From the IMG/VR virus record IMGVR_UViG_3300017969_000006, positions 35,772 to 99,771 of that record: 64,000 nt of DNA. One strand, 5' to 3'. This stretch comes from a virus. The position numbers and the translations under genes were made by a program. Positions 62,076 to 64,000 of this stretch are shown here, piece after piece. Numbering within the stretch: the stretch's first letter is position 1; each line of letters starts with the position of its first letter. The notes under the pieces were generated by a model. It was not told where the DNA came from. It saw only the letters and a program-made list of their open reading frames with translations, and searched no databases.

Positions 62076-63518
62076 GTGCGCATCCTAGGGATTAACGACT
62101 CAAGCCACGACGCAGCAGTAAGTGTAATTGACAACGGAGAAATCGTTTTTGCGGCGCACAGCGAACGCTACAACAAACAAAAAAACACTTACGCAATTTC
62201 TGACGACCTGATTGAAGAGGTCATGTCGGATCCGCCCGACTTGATTGCTTACTTTGAGAAACGTCCATTTAAGCGGGCTCGCAGATTTAGACACGGAGGC
62301 ATCAACGGTGCCTACCAAAACCTATACAAAAAACTGCATAAATATCAATGGCCAAAAGAGGTGCAGGTCTCACACCACTACAGTCATGCAGCCGCCGGAT
62401 ATTTCACGTCGACATTTGCGGAAGCAACAGTAGTTGTACTAGATGCCATCGGCGAATTTGAAACCGCAACGATTTGGGACGCCAGCGGAAACAATATCCG
62501 CAAACGAGAATCGCTACGGTACCCGATTTCATTCGGATTGTTCTACAGCGCATTCACCGATCTAGTCGGGCTAAAACCCGGCTTTGACGAATACGTACTT
62601 ATGGGAATGGCCGCCTACGGAGACCCATCCCGATACGCGGCCGAGATCAACAAAATGTTCCCAAAGTGGAACAGCCAGACACAGAACTTCCACCACGGAG
62701 TCAACTGGCCGCACCCAATCATCTGCGAACAAGACAAATACGATATAGCAGCAGCAGTTCAACTCATATATCAAAATCGTTTAATTGACCTGATGCGCTA
62801 TGTGCGGCGCGACTCACCCACACAAAACCTTGTTTTCATGGGCGGCTGCGCACTCAACTGTTCAGCCAACACGAAACTTCTTGACATCTGGGACGAAGTT
62901 TGGATAATGCCGAATCCCGGCGACGCCGGCTCAAGCCTCGGTGCCGCACTAGCAATCTACGGATCACACATCGAATGGCGCGGCCCATACCTCGGTCACG
63001 ACATCGGCGGCGACTTTTACCCATCCGAAGACATCATCGACGTACTGCTACGAGACAAAATTGTTGCAGTCGCAAACGGAAGAGCCGAATTCGGTCCGCG
63101 AGCATTGGGGAACCGTAGCCTTTTGGCTGATCCCCGACCAGCCGACATGAAAGATCGCGTGAACCAAGTTAAAAAACGGGAACCTTTCCGTCCATTCGCA
63201 CCAATCATTATGGAAGATCACGTGTCCGAATGGTTCGAAATTGACCGCCCCGTCCCATACATGCAATTTGCCGTAAAAGCGCGCTTTCCAGAACTCATGC
63301 CGGCCGTAGTGCACCACGACGGAACATCACGAATCCAAACCGTGAACGAATATCAACACCCCGGCCTCTACGACGTTTTATCAATGTGGTATCACCAAAC
63401 CGGGATGCCAGTTCTATTAAATACCAGTCTCAATGTTCGTGACCAGCCTATGCTCAACGACGAACTCGATGCCCTAGTATGGCAAGAAATGAACCCACAA
63501 GTAAAACTTGTAACGTGA
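62076..63518 (+). CDS. NodU/CmcH-family carbamoyltransferase
   Basis: ILGIN..SHDAA, HHYSHAA, DAIGE, MGMAAYG, GGCALNC, EFGPRALGNRSLLADP, KKREPFRPFAP, LLNTSLN. Confidence 0.93.
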   Translation: MRILGINDSSHDAAVSVIDNGEIVFAAHSERYNKQKNTYAISDDLIEEVMSDPPDLIAYFEKRPFKRARRFRHGGINGAYQNLYKKLHKYQWPKEVQVSHHYSHAAAGYFTSTFAEATVVVLDAIGEFETATIWDASGNNIRKRESLRYPISFGLFYSAFTDLVGLKPGFDEYVLMGMAAYGDPSRYAAEINKMFPKWNSQTQNFHHGVNWPHPIICEQDKYDIAAAVQLIYQNRLIDLMRYVRRDSPTQNLVFMGGCALNCSANTKLLDIWDEVWIMPNPGDAGSSLGAALAIYGSHIEWRGPYLGHDIGGDFYPSEDIIDVLLRDKIVAVANGRAEFGPRALGNRSLLADPRPADMKDRVNQVKKREPFRPFAPIIMEDHVSEWFEIDRPVPYMQFAVKARFPELMPAVVHHDGTSRIQTVNEYQHPGLYDVLSMWYHQTGMPVLLNTSLNVRDQPMLNDELDALVWQEMNPQVKLVT

Positions 63519-63527
63519 GGAAATACG

Positions 63528-64000
63528 ATGGCACCAAAACACTTTGCCGACAACTGGATCGCTGACTGGTCGCAAAATGACGCAGATCGAATCAAACGAG
63601 AGCAACGTTTTGCTCACTTCCGCGCACACACCCACATCCACGGTCTTCCAAAATTTTCGAAGTTGACCAAACCTGACAAACAGTATTGGGCGGCCCTCAC
63701 ATACAAAGACGTAGCAGAAATTTCTCGAAATCAAGAGATTTTCTGTGCAAGCGAAGGGTATCTGATTACAGATTTGCCGCGTGACATTTTCGAATATTTT
63801 GGTTCCCTACTGGCGCTCGACAATCCTCGACATAACGAAGTTCGGTCAATCGTTCAGCGAGCATTTGGGGCATCAAACGTAGCCAAACTAACCACGATGA
63901 TCGAACAAGTCACAGCGGATATTGTCGACGATGTAATCGAGAAACACCCTGAGCGAAAGTGTGACATTCACACTGAACTCTCAGCGCGACTACCAACTGA
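63528..64000 (+). CDS. Cytochrome P450, CYP124/CYP125-like (N-terminal part; runs off right edge, not in ORF track)
   Basis: Manual translation: ...YWAALTYKDVAEISRNQEIF...EYFGSLLALDNPRHNEVRSIVQRAF...CDIHTELSARLP; GAGG RBS. Confidence 0.85.
   Translation, partial: MAPKHFADNWIADWSQNDADRIKREQRFAHFRAHTHIHGLPKFSKLTKPDKQYWAALTYKDVAEISRNQEIFCASEGYLITDLPRDIFEYFGSLLALDNPRHNEVRSIVQRAFGASNVAKLTTMIEQVTADIVDDVIEKHPERKCDIHTELSARLPT

Noticed and set aside
1-64000. tRNA, rRNA, integrase, transposase or intron/intein
   Set aside because: None recognised by eye; intergenic spaces are short and RNR, terminase and helicase have normal lengths. A tRNAscan/Infernal run would be needed to exclude small RNAs.

Overview
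The window is 64 kb of a large contractile-tailed (myovirus-type) dsDNA phage with an HK97-fold capsid. A WhiB gene, a CYP124-like P450 and many apparently leaderless TANNNT promoters point to an actinobacterial host. Positions 1-23131 are a leftward block: baseplate, tape measure, tail chaperone, tube, sheath and neck genes, then IbrA/IbrB, ThyX, ParB-like, dCMP deaminase, RuvC, HNH, RecB-like and Rad52-like genes and the large terminase. Positions 23190-51711 are a rightward head block, followed by nucleotide-metabolism, replication and modification genes (class II RNR, primase-helicase, three 2OG-Fe(II) oxygenases, a carbamoyltransferase and a P450). The most striking feature is about 23 kb of very large, otherwise unrelated proteins between the prohead protease and the major capsid gene. 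Four of them share an ordered three-part peptide tag: K-[AS]-[LI]-[GR]-[GR], then [FWY]DxxAxD[GA]DxDGxVQ[ED]GTx[FW], then [GA][LM]RS. Two others share RCPxGxxxxxxFTDxxxxxC. [GA][LM]RS motifs also delimit internal modules. The cargo domains look like zincin peptidases, ADP-ribosyltransferase-like folds, a zeta-toxin-type kinase and degenerate enzymes, and three of the large genes are followed by small, possibly immunity-type genes. The first tagged protein is joined to the prohead protease only through a -1 shift at an A8 slippery site followed by a GC hairpin. I interpret the locus as a putative capsid-loaded, protease-processed effector (cargo polyprotein) system. Motifs and coordinates were read directly from the sequence; family assignments are by motif recognition without database searches.
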